Assembly (NCBI GenBank): GCA_016212395.1
Contig: JACRGF010000005.1
Span: 1 to 46,995, forward strand
Direction of reading: 5' to 3'
Origin: Candidatus Micrarchaeota archaeon
GTDB lineage: Archaea > Micrarchaeota > Micrarchaeia > Burarchaeales > JACRGF01
DNA length: 46,995 bases
Shown here: positions 7,655-17,161 of the stretch, one piece after another
Numbering within the stretch: the stretch's first letter is position 1
Layout: every line of letters starts with the position of its first letter
Program-made: the position numbers and the translations under genes
Notes under the pieces: generated by a model
Told to the model about the DNA's origin: nothing
Databases searched by the model: none
What the model saw: the letters and a program-made list of their open reading frames with translations, nothing else

Positions 7655-9439
7655 TCATATTATTTTACTCAACCCGGCAAGGCTTGATTCTCCTCCGAGC
7701 GATGTTGAAATGCTTCTGAAAAACGTTATTGAAATGATTATCGAAACCACAGTAAGCACGAGGACGAAAGTCGTTTTCGACATTACGACAGGCAAAGACC
7801 ACGACGGGTCTGTAATAGCAATCCCATTGGCAGTAAGCGAAGTGTAACAGCTTGAAGAAATGTCGTTGACTAGCACGTCGTCGCAAGTGAGAAAATCATA
7901 GGCAGTGCTGACCATGAAGTTCGGGCTCAGCAAGCCCAACGCGCTGGAGCCGAGGTTTAACGCTGAACCGAAAATCTGCTTTATCGGAATGCCGACTGAA
8001 CTCGCCAACCCGCCGGCAGACCAGCCTGAAGCCCGCTTCAGCCAGTCAACAAAACTCCAATGGCCAGCAGGCTCGACTACTTTCACAGTGCAGCGAGACT
8101 CGTCAGTAACATCAAAAGTAGAGCCGGGGATGAGTATAGAGTCTTCCGCCCACTTTATTTTTACAGTCACGTTGTACTCTCCGAGTTCTTCAAACTCGCC
8201 AGTGCACTCTTTAGGCAAGTAATCGTCGTTAAGGAAAATGCCTTTGCAATCTTCAGAACCAAGAAGAGGAGGCCAGTCGTAAGGAGATTCGGTTGCGAGA
8301 ACAGGAGTTGTAGGCATGTAAGGCGGGTAAGGCCCGGCAGCATCCCCTACTTTCGTAACGTATACTTCGTAAGTGCCGGCAATCATTTCACTGACATCCC
8401 CGTCGCCATCATCGTCAAAAATGTCAGCTTGAGGCGTTGCTTTAGGAGCAGCAATAGTGAAAATAAAAGGGTAGTCCGCGTCTTTTTCAAGAGTTTTGCT
8501 GGGGCAGTTGAGGAAGACTTTCGGAAACGCGTCCGCAGCATCCGCACCGTTCAGGTTTGCAGCTGCTTGGTAATCCTCGAAAGTGCTTCCAGTATTAGTG
8601 AACTCGTACTTGTCTAAATTCAACGCGTGCAAGCCATGCTCGTACATTCCCTTGTCAAGCGCGAGAGTAAGCGGGTAGACGACGTAGAGCGCGATGCAGA
8701 ACGCGATCATTGTAGAGCCTAGCCTGCGAGTGATTGGGAAAGTGCGCAGCAAAAGCGAAAATGGAAGAAGCAGGGTAATCACGCTGTTTTTCACAAAGTC
8801 AAGCAAAGCAATTTGAGCCCACAAGTTGATCAAGACAACCGCGATAAAATCAGCTATAGTTACCACTGCGTTGGTAACCTGGCCCAAGCCAGCGAGAGGC
8901 GAAAACCCAGTGCCCCACAACGCCATGCCACCTACTCCGAAGAATGGGATGTGGAAGGAAGTGCCGATAGAACCGAGAGTTCCCATTGACGCGTCGAACA
9001 CGAGCAAGCGCAGGTAAGTGACTTTCAAATCATCAAGCGTTTCGTTCAAGTACTCTTCGCCGACTTGAATGTGAGTCTTGCCGTGCGCTACGAGAGGCGA
9101 AACAAAATTGTTCATCACTAAAAGGCTTGCAATGACAGCGCCGAAAATAACTGCTGACACTGCAACTTCGTACAACTCGCGCTTCACCCACGCGTTCAAC
9201 TCAGGAGAACGCAGGAACTCGGCAAGCATGTACGCAATCGCGATAATGAAAAAAGAAATGAGCAGAGAGAGAACGCCAGGAGCCCAAAAATTCGCGCTCC
9301 CGCCCCAAAACAACGTCAAGCCCTCGCGAAAACAAGCCTCGAAAGGATTGGAATACGCTGAACAAGCGTCGATGGCGCGGGAGAGGCACTCTTGCGTTGA
9401 AATGCTGCCACACGATGCTGAAATCGGAGTATACACCAA
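7655..9439 (-). CDS. Polytopic membrane protein, CedA/VirB6-like paralogue with acidic beta-rich extracellular insert (first gene of the operon)
   Basis: ORF 7655-9472, with TTG at 9439 behind AGGTG as the likely start; PELNAWVKRELYE; LLPFSLLLRTFPITRRLGSTMIAFCIALYVVYPL; insert with DDDGDGD and GEYNVTVKI; C-terminus SLGGESSLAGLSKII. Confidence 0.77.
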   Translation of the reverse strand: MVYTPISASCGSISTQECLSRAIDACSAYSNPFEACFREGLTLFWGGSANFWAPGVLSLLISFFIIAIAYMLAEFLRSPELNAWVKRELYEVAVSAVIFGAVIASLLVMNNFVSPLVAHGKTHIQVGEEYLNETLDDLKVTYLRLLVFDASMGTLGSIGTSFHIPFFGVGGMALWGTGFSPLAGLGQVTNAVVTIADFIAVVLINLWAQIALLDFVKNSVITLLLPFSLLLRTFPITRRLGSTMIAFCIALYVVYPLTLALDKGMYEHGLHALNLDKYEFTNTGSTFEDYQAAANLNGADAADAFPKVFLNCPSKTLEKDADYPFIFTIAAPKATPQADIFDDDGDGDVSEMIAGTYEVYVTKVGDAAGPYPPYMPTTPVLATESPYDWPPLLGSEDCKGIFLNDDYLPKECTGEFEELGEYNVTVKIKWAEDSILIPGSTFDVTDESRCTVKVVEPAGHWSFVDWLKRASGWSAGGLASSVGIPIKQIFGSALNLGSSALGLLSPNFMVSTAYDFLTCDDVLVNDISSSCYTSLTANGIAITDPSWSLPVVMSKTTFVLVLTVVSIIISITFFRSISTSLGGESSLAGLSKII

Positions 9440-9470
9440 CCAGTTCACCTGAAGAAAAAAATTCCCTTGC

Positions 9471-9484
9471 ACTATTTATATAGT
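9471..9484. promoter_or_regulatory. Candidate bidirectional TATA box between the membrane-protein operon and the NUDIX gene
   Basis: Near-palindromic actatttatatagt in a 66-bp divergent gap, about 24 nt before the NUDIX ATG. Confidence 0.45.
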
Positions 9485-9505
9485 TGCTGTTTTAAATTCC
9501 CTTTC

Positions 9506-9970
9506 ATGCAGGAATTCTCGTCAGGCGCAGTAGTCTACAGGCTGGAGGAAGGAAAGCCTCTTTACCTCATACTCCACTACGAGGAAAGGCACTGGGACTT
9601 TCCGAAAGGAAAAATCGAGGGAAGCGAAACACTGCTCGAAACCGCGAAAAGAGAAATAAAAGAAGAAACAGGAATAACGCAACTCGAATTCGACGAGCAA
9701 TTCAAAGAAAAAATAACGTACTTCTACAAGCACGCTGGAAAAACAATATTCAAGCAAGTAGACTTCTTCCTCGCGCGCACGACGCAAGAACAAGCAACGC
9801 TTTCAAGCGAACACACTGAAAGCGAGTGGCTTGAATTCGAAAAAGCGCTAGAACGCTTGACGCACGAAAACGCGAAGCAACTGCTCAAAAAAGCAAATGA
9901 ACTAGTAAAACAAAAAAAAATAGAAACAACAAACACGCAAACAAAAAATGAGCAAACAACACGAAAATAA
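9506..9970 (+). CDS. NUDIX hydrolase, Ap4A hydrolase-like
   Basis: SSGAVVY, HWDFPKG and the Nudix box GKIEGSETLLETAKREIKEETG; SSEH..W motif. Confidence 0.92.
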   Translation: MQEFSSGAVVYRLEEGKPLYLILHYEERHWDFPKGKIEGSETLLETAKREIKEETGITQLEFDEQFKEKITYFYKHAGKTIFKQVDFFLARTTQEQATLSSEHTESEWLEFEKALERLTHENAKQLLKKANELVKQKKIETTNTQTKNEQTTRK

Positions 9971-10224
9971 ACTAACAACAAGCGCGCGGAAAGCAAACGA
10001 GCAGACAAACACGCAGAAAATACCACTGGAAAAAAAGCATGCTCAAAAACAAGCGGCAACAACACACGAACACGCGAAAAAAACAGCACGCGACAAACAA
10101 AAACGAACGCACGACACAAGCAGAAAACGCAAACAAACGAAAAAAAAGACGCGCGCACGAACACGCAACCGCATACAGCGAAAAACAAAAAATTAATTAA
10201 ATACTGGAGTGCTAAGTGATTGCT

Positions 10225-10812
10225 ATGGGAAGGAAACGAGGTCAGGCAGCCATTGAGTCGGCTACGCCGACTGCTCGCGTCTTGCGAGGTCAAGCCGCGA
10301 TGGAGTACGTCATTACTTACGGTTGGGCTTTAGCCTTGCTCGTAGTGGCATTGACTGTCTTGTACAGTTTGGGAATTCTTAACCCTGCGCGTTATCTTCC
10401 GCAAGAATGCTCTTTCTCGCCCAGCGTGAACTGCGAGTATTACAGGATAGAGAGAGTGTCAGGCACGCAGTACAATTTGAAAGCAGGGTTTACGAACGGC
10501 TTGGGGTTTAAAATAAAACTGAAAGAATTGGCAGTAGCGAGCGATGGAACGCTTGGAACAGCAGGAGGCTTTGGATGGCAGAAGGGATTGAATCTTTACA
10601 GTTTTTCTTCAACTGAAATAATAAACGACGGAGAACAGTTCAACTTGACTGCGAGCTTCACGCCAGTGTCAGGCCCGTCTGTAGGCTCGCTCGAGAGGAT
10701 ACGGGCAACGCTCACGTACTGGAACTGCGACGCAGTGGACTGCAATGACGCTGGCGCGCCGACGCACGTTGTTTCAGGAAGGATAAACACGAACGTAGAG
10801 CCGATGAGTTAA
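10225..10812 (+). CDS. Class III signal-peptide (archaeal type IV pilin-like) protein
   Basis: RGQAAMEYVITYGWALALLVVAL cleavage motif plus hydrophobic helix, followed by a beta-rich domain with Cys pairs. Confidence 0.85.
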   Translation: MGRKRGQAAIESATPTARVLRGQAAMEYVITYGWALALLVVALTVLYSLGILNPARYLPQECSFSPSVNCEYYRIERVSGTQYNLKAGFTNGLGFKIKLKELAVASDGTLGTAGGFGWQKGLNLYSFSSTEIINDGEQFNLTASFTPVSGPSVGSLERIRATLTYWNCDAVDCNDAGAPTHVVSGRINTNVEPMS

Positions 10813-10835
10813 CCGAACGTTTGGACTGCGGGGCA

Positions 10836-10932
10836 CGAGTTGTTGAAAGCGAGAAGGCTGTGAACTCCGAGCCTGAAAGTTAGCAGGAAGCGCGAGTTGC
10901 TGCAAGCGAAAAGGCTGCGAACATCGAGCTTG
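10836..10932. repeat. Imperfect ~40-bp direct repeat (57-bp period), intergenic
   Basis: cgagttgttgaaagcgagaaggctgtgaactccgagcctg versus cgagttgctgcaagcgaaaaggctgcgaacatcgagcttg. Confidence 0.6.
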
Positions 10933-11003
10933 CTTAAAAAAGACGCTTGTTTTTTCTCGTGGCGTGAAAGTTTTTTAAACCTCTCGCGAGCATTAGTAAT
11001 CGC

Positions 11004-14000
11004 ATGAATAAAGGCGATTCAGTCGAAGCGATGGAACAACCCCGAGAGGAGAAAATAACGGGGAACGGAAAGCCGTTTATTGCTAGGCTGAAGGCGCGAA
11101 ATTTCAAGTCTTTCAGGTCAATAGACTTGCCCATGCCCCACGGGTTCGTTTGCCTCACTGGGCCAAACGGTTCTGGAAAGAGCAACTTCCTCGACTGCAT
11201 TCGTTTTGCTTTGGGCGAGACGAGCTTGAAGGCGATACGCTCTAAGAAGGTGAACGACTTGATTTCGAGCGGGGCGCGCGCTGCAGTCATTCACTTGTTG
11301 CTTGACAATGACGGGAAGCAGATTGAAGTAAAGCGCGCTATTCGAGAAGACGGGAAGACTTTGTACAAGCTGAATGGGAAGAGGATGACGCGCATTGCAG
11401 TGATGGATTCGCTCAAGCCAATGGGAATGGAGATCGGCTCTCACAACGTTATAGCGCAAGGTGAAGTTGAAAGAATTATTCACATGAGCCCAAAGGAACG
11501 CAGGGAGATTATTGACGGAGTTGCAGGCATAAGCGATTTCGAAGAAAAAAAGAAGGAGGCGTTGCGCGAGCTTGCAGTAGTCGAAACGAAAATCAACGAC
11601 GCGTCCATAGTTTTAAAGGAACGGGAAGGCTACTTGCTGGAGTTGGAGCGCGAGAAAGAGGAAGCGATAAAGTACAACGGGTTGAAAGGCGAGCAGAGAA
11701 AATTAAAGGCAAGCGTGCTTCACATGGAGCTTGTGAAAGTAGAAAAGGATTTCACGCGCGCTGCTGAAAAGCATGTTGAGCTTGAAAGCCAGTCAGGCGC
11801 CATGCAAAGCGAGGCGGAAAAGCTGGGCCAGCAAGTGGCAAAGCTTTCAAGCGAGAAAGAGCAAGTGGTGAACGGAATAAACGATTTGGGCGCGCGCAAC
11901 AAGGCGTTCGCCGAGACGCAGGAGTTGAAGTCCGCGATTGGGATGGACGAGAACAACTTGAACTTGAAGAAAGCAGAAGCAGACAGGCTCGGGAAACGCG
12001 CTGAAACGCTCGAGAAAGAAAGAAAAACGCTGAGCGAAAAAGCAGGCGCGTGGAGTTCAGAGAACAGGAAGCACGCAGGCGAGCTGGCATCACTCAAAGC
12101 TGAAGCAGCGAAAATCGAGAGCCACTTGGAGACTGCTGAAAAGTCTGCGAAAGAAAAGCAAGGCGAGGCGACAAAGCTTCAGAATGCTGTTGAAAAACTT
12201 TCAAGAGAAACAGAAGCAGAAAAAGACTTGCTGAGGGAAGCAGAGTTTGAAGTTGCGACTTCAAGGGAACTGCTCGCGAGCAAGAACAGGGAGCTTGAAA
12301 GGCTGAAGTCTGAATTTACTGCAAGCACGAAAACAAGCGGGCTGGAAAGCCAAATAGGCGAGCTTCAGGAAGAGCAAAAAAGCTTGACGAGAGAACTCGA
12401 CGACTTGTTCAAGAAAGAGAGGGAGTTGAACAAGCAGGGAGTTGAAGTTGACGGGGAAGTGCTTCGCGCGAAGGAAGAATGGGCAACGTTGAAAGTAGTC
12501 GCGGGAAAAACAACGCTCAACTCGGGATTGGACTTGGTAAAGCAGTTGAAAGAAAAAAACGTTGTTGATGGAATTTACGGGACTGTGGAGGAAGTGTGTT
12601 CGTTCGCGCCAGAGTACGCGATTGCAGTTGAAGCTTCAGCAGGGAACAGGCTGAATTATGTAGTGGTTGAAACTGTCGACGACGCATCGCAGGCGATAAG
12701 CCACTTGAAGCAGAAGAAAGCTGGAAGGTGCACGTTCATTCCGTTGCAGAGGAGCGTGCGCGCAATAGACGCTGAAACAATGAAAGTAGTAAAATCTCCT
12801 CACGCGCTCGGGCTGTTGATGGACTTCGTGAAGTTTGACGCGCGCTTCGCACCGGCAATGAATTACGTGTTCGGAGACACTGTGCTCGTGCGGGACATTG
12901 AAGCGGCAAAAAAAGTGGGCATTGGGAAAGCGCGCATGGTGACTTTAGACGGAGACTTGATTGAAACAACAAGCGTGCTCACAGGAGGATTTTTCAAGAG
13001 CAGGATGAACTTGAAGGAAAAAAAACAGCTCGAGAAAGTGGAGGAACAGCTCGCGGAATTAAAAGCAGAACAGCAGAAAGTGATCGACTCGCTTTACGAA
13101 TTGCGCGAGCGCATGAGCTTGAAAAGGCGCGAGCGTTCAGAGCTTGAAGTGAAAATGAAGGGATTCGAGATAGAACTGAAGGGAATTGCAGACAAGAGCG
13201 AGGCGGACAGAAAAAGAACAACAGCAATGGGAGAACTTGAGAAGGAAGCGCGCAAGCTCTCTGAGAAAATAGCGCAGAAAGAAGGCGAGTTCAAGCACGC
13301 GAAAGAAAAACTGTCTAAACTCGAAGCGGAAAAAACAAGGCTGAAGGCAAGCCTTGAGCAAGCAACGCAGACTGAAGACGAAAAGAAAGTAATAGAACTC
13401 AAGGAAAAAGTCGCTGAATTAAAGAACGCAGTGAGGGAAAAGGAAACTATTCTAGGCGGGAAAGCCACTGAAATAAGCGTTCTTGAAACAAGGCTCGCGA
13501 ACTTGAACAGTGAACTTGCGGAGTTGAAGAAGGAGGAGAAGAGCATTGAAAGCGAAGCGAAGCAACTCAACACGCGCTTGGGCGAGGCGAGGAAAGCGCT
13601 TGAAAAGAAAGAAGAGGAACTGCGCACTGTAAGCACCAAGATGGAAAAGCTGTTCGCGCGCAGGGACACGCTCAACAAGGAAATAGACGTAGTGTCAGTG
13701 GAGAAAGGAAAAATTGACGCGCAACTCTCGAAGATAAGGGAGGATAAAATAAGAGTGGAAACGCAGAAGAGCGTGCTCGAACAGCGCTTAGTTGACTTCA
13801 AGTCGGAATATGCTGCTTTCGAGGGAGTTGAAGTGGTTGAAGGAAAAAAGAATGAAATGGAGGCGCGCCTGCTTGAAGCGGAAAAAGAACTCGAATCGCT
13901 TGGAATGGTGAACTTGCGCGCTCCTGAAATATATGAAGAGAAAAAGAAGGACTTGGAGGAAGTGAAAGGGAAAGTGGAGAAGCTGGCAGAGGAAAAAACA

Positions 14001-14483
14001 GCAGTAACCAACATGATTGACGAGATAGAAGCGAAAAAGACAGCGATATTCCACGAGACGTTCAGCAAAGTGAACGAAAACTTTAAGCGCTTGTTCAACT
14101 ACGTGTTCAAAGGCGCAGGCACGCTGTTATTGCAAGACCCGTACAACGTGTTCAACTCAGGCTTGATGATTAAAGTGACTATAGACGGGAAGGAAAGGTA
14201 TATTGAAGCGATGAGCGGAGGGGAAAAAAGCCTGCTCGCGCTGTTGTTCGTGTTCAGCATTCACATGCACCACCCGGCGCCATTCTACATTCTCGACGAG
14301 GCTGAAGCGTCGCTCGACAAGCTGAACAGCAAGCGCCTCGCGGACTTGCTGAAAGAACTAAGCAAAGACACGCAATTTATCGTCGTGAGCCACAACGACG
14401 TGGTAATATCGAACGCGGACATTGCCTTCGGAGTAACGAGAACTGAAGACGGAAGCAAAATCGTGGGAATAAACCTGAAATAG
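11004..14483 (+). CDS. smc: Chromosome segregation protein SMC
   Basis: NFKSF, Walker A GPNGSGKS, Q-loop IAQGEV, long coiled coils, hinge (GIYGTV...GRCTFIPL...MVTLDGD), signature MSGGEKS, Walker B ILDEAE, VVSH. Confidence 0.97.
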   Translation: MNKGDSVEAMEQPREEKITGNGKPFIARLKARNFKSFRSIDLPMPHGFVCLTGPNGSGKSNFLDCIRFALGETSLKAIRSKKVNDLISSGARAAVIHLLLDNDGKQIEVKRAIREDGKTLYKLNGKRMTRIAVMDSLKPMGMEIGSHNVIAQGEVERIIHMSPKERREIIDGVAGISDFEEKKKEALRELAVVETKINDASIVLKEREGYLLELEREKEEAIKYNGLKGEQRKLKASVLHMELVKVEKDFTRAAEKHVELESQSGAMQSEAEKLGQQVAKLSSEKEQVVNGINDLGARNKAFAETQELKSAIGMDENNLNLKKAEADRLGKRAETLEKERKTLSEKAGAWSSENRKHAGELASLKAEAAKIESHLETAEKSAKEKQGEATKLQNAVEKLSRETEAEKDLLREAEFEVATSRELLASKNRELERLKSEFTASTKTSGLESQIGELQEEQKSLTRELDDLFKKERELNKQGVEVDGEVLRAKEEWATLKVVAGKTTLNSGLDLVKQLKEKNVVDGIYGTVEEVCSFAPEYAIAVEASAGNRLNYVVVETVDDASQAISHLKQKKAGRCTFIPLQRSVRAIDAETMKVVKSPHALGLLMDFVKFDARFAPAMNYVFGDTVLVRDIEAAKKVGIGKARMVTLDGDLIETTSVLTGGFFKSRMNLKEKKQLEKVEEQLAELKAEQQKVIDSLYELRERMSLKRRERSELEVKMKGFEIELKGIADKSEADRKRTTAMGELEKEARKLSEKIAQKEGEFKHAKEKLSKLEAEKTRLKASLEQATQTEDEKKVIELKEKVAELKNAVREKETILGGKATEISVLETRLANLNSELAELKKEEKSIESEAKQLNTRLGEARKALEKKEEELRTVSTKMEKLFARRDTLNKEIDVVSVEKGKIDAQLSKIREDKIRVETQKSVLEQRLVDFKSEYAAFEGVEVVEGKKNEMEARLLEAEKELESLGMVNLRAPEIYEEKKKDLEEVKGKVEKLAEEKTAVTNMIDEIEAKKTAIFHETFSKVNENFKRLFNYVFKGAGTLLLQDPYNVFNSGLMIKVTIDGKERYIEAMSGGEKSLLALLFVFSIHMHHPAPFYILDEAEASLDKLNSKRLADLLKELSKDTQFIVVSHNDVVISNADIAFGVTRTEDGSKIVGINLK

Positions 14484-14569
14484 AAGTAGGGAATGCGAAC
14501 TGCGCAAAACTATTTCGTCGTTTTATTGCATGCCAGCGCTTTCGCTCGTTTTTTAATTGTTTTCAGTGA

Positions 14570-15604
14570 ATGAGTTTGTTCATGAACAGGCTGAAACGTT
14601 TTTTTGATTTGAGTGAAGTCGACGCGCTCGTGCTCGCGAACGGAGACGCAGCGCGCGAAGCAGACTCGAACTTTTCCTATTTCTCTGGAGTGGAATTGGA
14701 CAACAGCATCCTCATATTGAAGCCGAAGGAAAAAGTGCTTCTCGTTTCACCTTTGAATTTCGAGCTTGCGAAAGAAAAATTTTCCGGGAGAATCGAAAAA
14801 TTCGAGCGCGGGAAAGCTTGGAGGAAGGCAGAAGAATTCTTGCGCAATGAAAAAAAAATCGGGTTGAATTTTGACTCGGTTACTCTGCGCGCGTGGAAGA
14901 AAATGCGCGGGCTGCGCGGGAAAGCAACAGACGTTTCAAAGCAACTGCTTGAACTGCGCGCTGTGAAAGAAGAAAACGAAGTGGAAAAAATAAGGAAAGC
15001 AGTGAGAATTGCGGAAAGAATATTGAGGGAAGCGGAAAACGATTTGAAGGTTGGAGCAAGCGAAAAGCAAGTCGCGGGCAGTTTGAAAAAGCGTGCGCTT
15101 GATGAAGGAGTTGAAGTTTCTTTTGAGCCTATTGTTTCTTTCGGGAAAAACACGCGCTTCCCGCACTCGAAGCCGACTGGAAAAAAACTGGCGCGAGGCG
15201 AACACGTGCTGATAGACTTTGGAGTGAGAGTGGGCGGGTACTGCTCTGACTTGGCAAGATGCTTTTTCCCAGCAAGCGGAAGAGGGGAAGCGGAAAAAAC
15301 TTACGAGGAATTGAAGGAAGTGATGAAGGAGATTGCTAGTTTTATTCGCCCTGGAGTTGAAGCAAGCGAAGCTGCAAAATACGCGAACAAACTGATAATC
15401 AAAGCGGGATTCCCGAAAATGATTCACTCGCTCGGGCACGGGGTTGGGCTGCAAGTGCACGAGTCCCCGAAAATAAGCGTGAAAAGCAAAGACGTTTTCC
15501 GAAAAGGGATGGTGTTCGCGCTTGAGCCTGCTGTTTACACTGAAAAATTCGGGGCAAGGTTTGAAGAAAACTTTTTCATAAGGAAAAAAACAGAAAAAAT
15601 ATAA
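14570..15604 (+). CDS. Xaa-Pro aminopeptidase/prolidase (M24B)
   Basis: LRAVKEENEV, FPH, IDFG..GYCSDLAR, HSLGHGVGLQVHESP, ALEPAVY, GARFEE metal-ligand motifs. Confidence 0.94.
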   Translation: MSLFMNRLKRFFDLSEVDALVLANGDAAREADSNFSYFSGVELDNSILILKPKEKVLLVSPLNFELAKEKFSGRIEKFERGKAWRKAEEFLRNEKKIGLNFDSVTLRAWKKMRGLRGKATDVSKQLLELRAVKEENEVEKIRKAVRIAERILREAENDLKVGASEKQVAGSLKKRALDEGVEVSFEPIVSFGKNTRFPHSKPTGKKLARGEHVLIDFGVRVGGYCSDLARCFFPASGRGEAEKTYEELKEVMKEIASFIRPGVEASEAAKYANKLIIKAGFPKMIHSLGHGVGLQVHESPKISVKSKDVFRKGMVFALEPAVYTEKFGARFEENFFIRKKTEKI

Positions 15605-15614
15605 AGAAAAAAAA

Positions 15615-16580
15615 TTAATACTCGTCTTTCAGCGTTGCTTGTTCTGGTTTTGCAAAGTTTCTTCCGAGCTTGAACGACGCGTTTTCCCCGTCTGTCTCGA
15701 GAAAGTCAGGCGCGTGCTCGCCTATCTGCTTGTAGTAGAGCGAGAGTATTTTCGCGTAGTTGCTTGCGACTTTCGTCTTGTCCGACTCGCAGTCTTTGAA
15801 TATGAGCTTGAGCACTTTCGACGTTTGCAGGCTGGCCAAGTCGCACCCGAGTATTTCCTCCATCGCGTGCTCTACTTCCCTCAACTCGTAATCGAACGCC
15901 GGCTGGTATGCTGTCGGGTCCCACTGCCAGCAGAACAAGTTGTACAAGAACGGAAGCGAAACGTACTTCACGTCAAGCTTTAGCTTCGGCGCGTGCTCTT
16001 CCGGAAACGCTGCTTTCGCGCCTGATTTGACGCTCGAGCCAGAGCCCGAGAGCACTATGCCTTGCTCGGAGAGTTCCTTCAGCTTTCGCTCGACGGCGGT
16101 TTCAGTGAACTTCAAAACATCCTTGTGAAGAGGAACAGTGCCAATGTATTTGACGAGTTTTTTTTCGCTGTAGAACGCTTCCATGTGCGCAATCAAGTCC
16201 TTGTAGGAAAACGTTGGGCTTATTGAAAGAAAGTTTTCGAACGCAGTGCTCAACTCGTCGGAGTCAGGGTTGGCTTTGTGCCACTTCTGCCTTGCTTTCC
16301 TCGCCTTGTCGCTCAAATCGCGAAGTATTTTCTCGTAAACTTCAAGCACTTCCTTTCCATTGTGGAGAACGAGCAGGTCGTCAGAGCTGATTTGCTTTCC
16401 GACCTCGATTTCCTTGATGTTTTCCTCCATTCCTGACTTTACGCCCTTGAAAGCACAGGTGTAAACGTGCAACGCTACAATATGAAACAGCGGAGCGTTG
16501 GAAGGATTAATGCCGAAACTCTTTCGTACTTCCTCGTAATTCTTCAACTCTTGCTTTGCTGGTGAAACGTCGCTTTTCAT
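15615..16580 (-). CDS. Hypothetical helical protein
   Basis: Long ORF; ATG at 16580 preceded by GGAGG; no recognisable motif. Confidence 0.7.
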   Translation of the reverse strand: MKSDVSPAKQELKNYEEVRKSFGINPSNAPLFHIVALHVYTCAFKGVKSGMEENIKEIEVGKQISSDDLLVLHNGKEVLEVYEKILRDLSDKARKARQKWHKANPDSDELSTAFENFLSISPTFSYKDLIAHMEAFYSEKKLVKYIGTVPLHKDVLKFTETAVERKLKELSEQGIVLSGSGSSVKSGAKAAFPEEHAPKLKLDVKYVSLPFLYNLFCWQWDPTAYQPAFDYELREVEHAMEEILGCDLASLQTSKVLKLIFKDCESDKTKVASNYAKILSLYYKQIGEHAPDFLETDGENASFKLGRNFAKPEQATLKDEY

Positions 16581-16692
16581 GCCTAAAACCTCCACACACT
16601 CTGAAAACAACTGCTTCAGGACAAGGTTACTTTATTCGCATGAGCAGTATTTAAATGTTGTGCTATAAAAAAAAAATTCAGGTGGCAACACA

Positions 16693-17070
16693 ATGGTTCT
16701 AGGATTGGGAAGAATTTTTGGAAGAGTATTCCGCTCCATAATAAGAGGCACTGGAGAAATAGGAAAGAGGCTCATTAAAACCCCGACAGGCCACCTTGTT
16801 CAAGTGTTCCGCGTTTCTCGCAACGTGAAATCAACTGAATTCAAGAAAACAATGAGCGAAGCAAAGCCAACGCAGGAAGAACAAGCCCAATTCTACGCTG
16901 AAGCGCCTGGCTTCGTCAACTACGTAACGAACTTGTACACTAAAGGAAGAAACAGGAACTTGATAGCGCAAAGAAAGCCGATCAAAATGCTTTCAAAAAC
17001 TCCGGCAAAACAAGCGGCAACCCCAAAGCCAGCAGAAAAAAAACAGCAGAAGACAGCAATGGCGGCGTAA
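16693..17070 (+). CDS. Hypothetical basic protein
   Basis: AGGTGG RBS upstream; Lys/Arg-rich, 125 aa, with a KPA-rich tail. Confidence 0.65.
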   Translation: MVLGLGRIFGRVFRSIIRGTGEIGKRLIKTPTGHLVQVFRVSRNVKSTEFKKTMSEAKPTQEEQAQFYAEAPGFVNYVTNLYTKGRNRNLIAQRKPIKMLSKTPAKQAATPKPAEKKQQKTAMAA

Positions 17071-17109
17071 GCCAAAACTCAAAACAAGCCAGAACAACAG
17101 GCAAAATCA

Positions 17110-17161
17110 TCGACAACGCTTGCGTTGTCGAGCAGTCGGCAACACGAACAAGTGTTGCCGA
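17110..17161. repeat. Two tandem, mutually related 10-bp hairpins between convergent genes (possible terminator or REP-like element)
   Basis: tcgacaacgc-tt-gcgttgtcga (17110-17131) and tcggcaacac-gaacaa-gtgttgccga (17136-17161). Confidence 0.7.

Noticed and set aside
9724-10293. 189-aa hydrophobic minus-strand ORF and 82-aa plus-strand ORF at 9948
   Set aside because: Products of an A/C-rich low-complexity tract that overlap real genes.
13094-14098. 334-aa Ser/Phe-rich minus-strand ORF
   Set aside because: Antisense to the Glu/Lys-rich SMC coiled coil.
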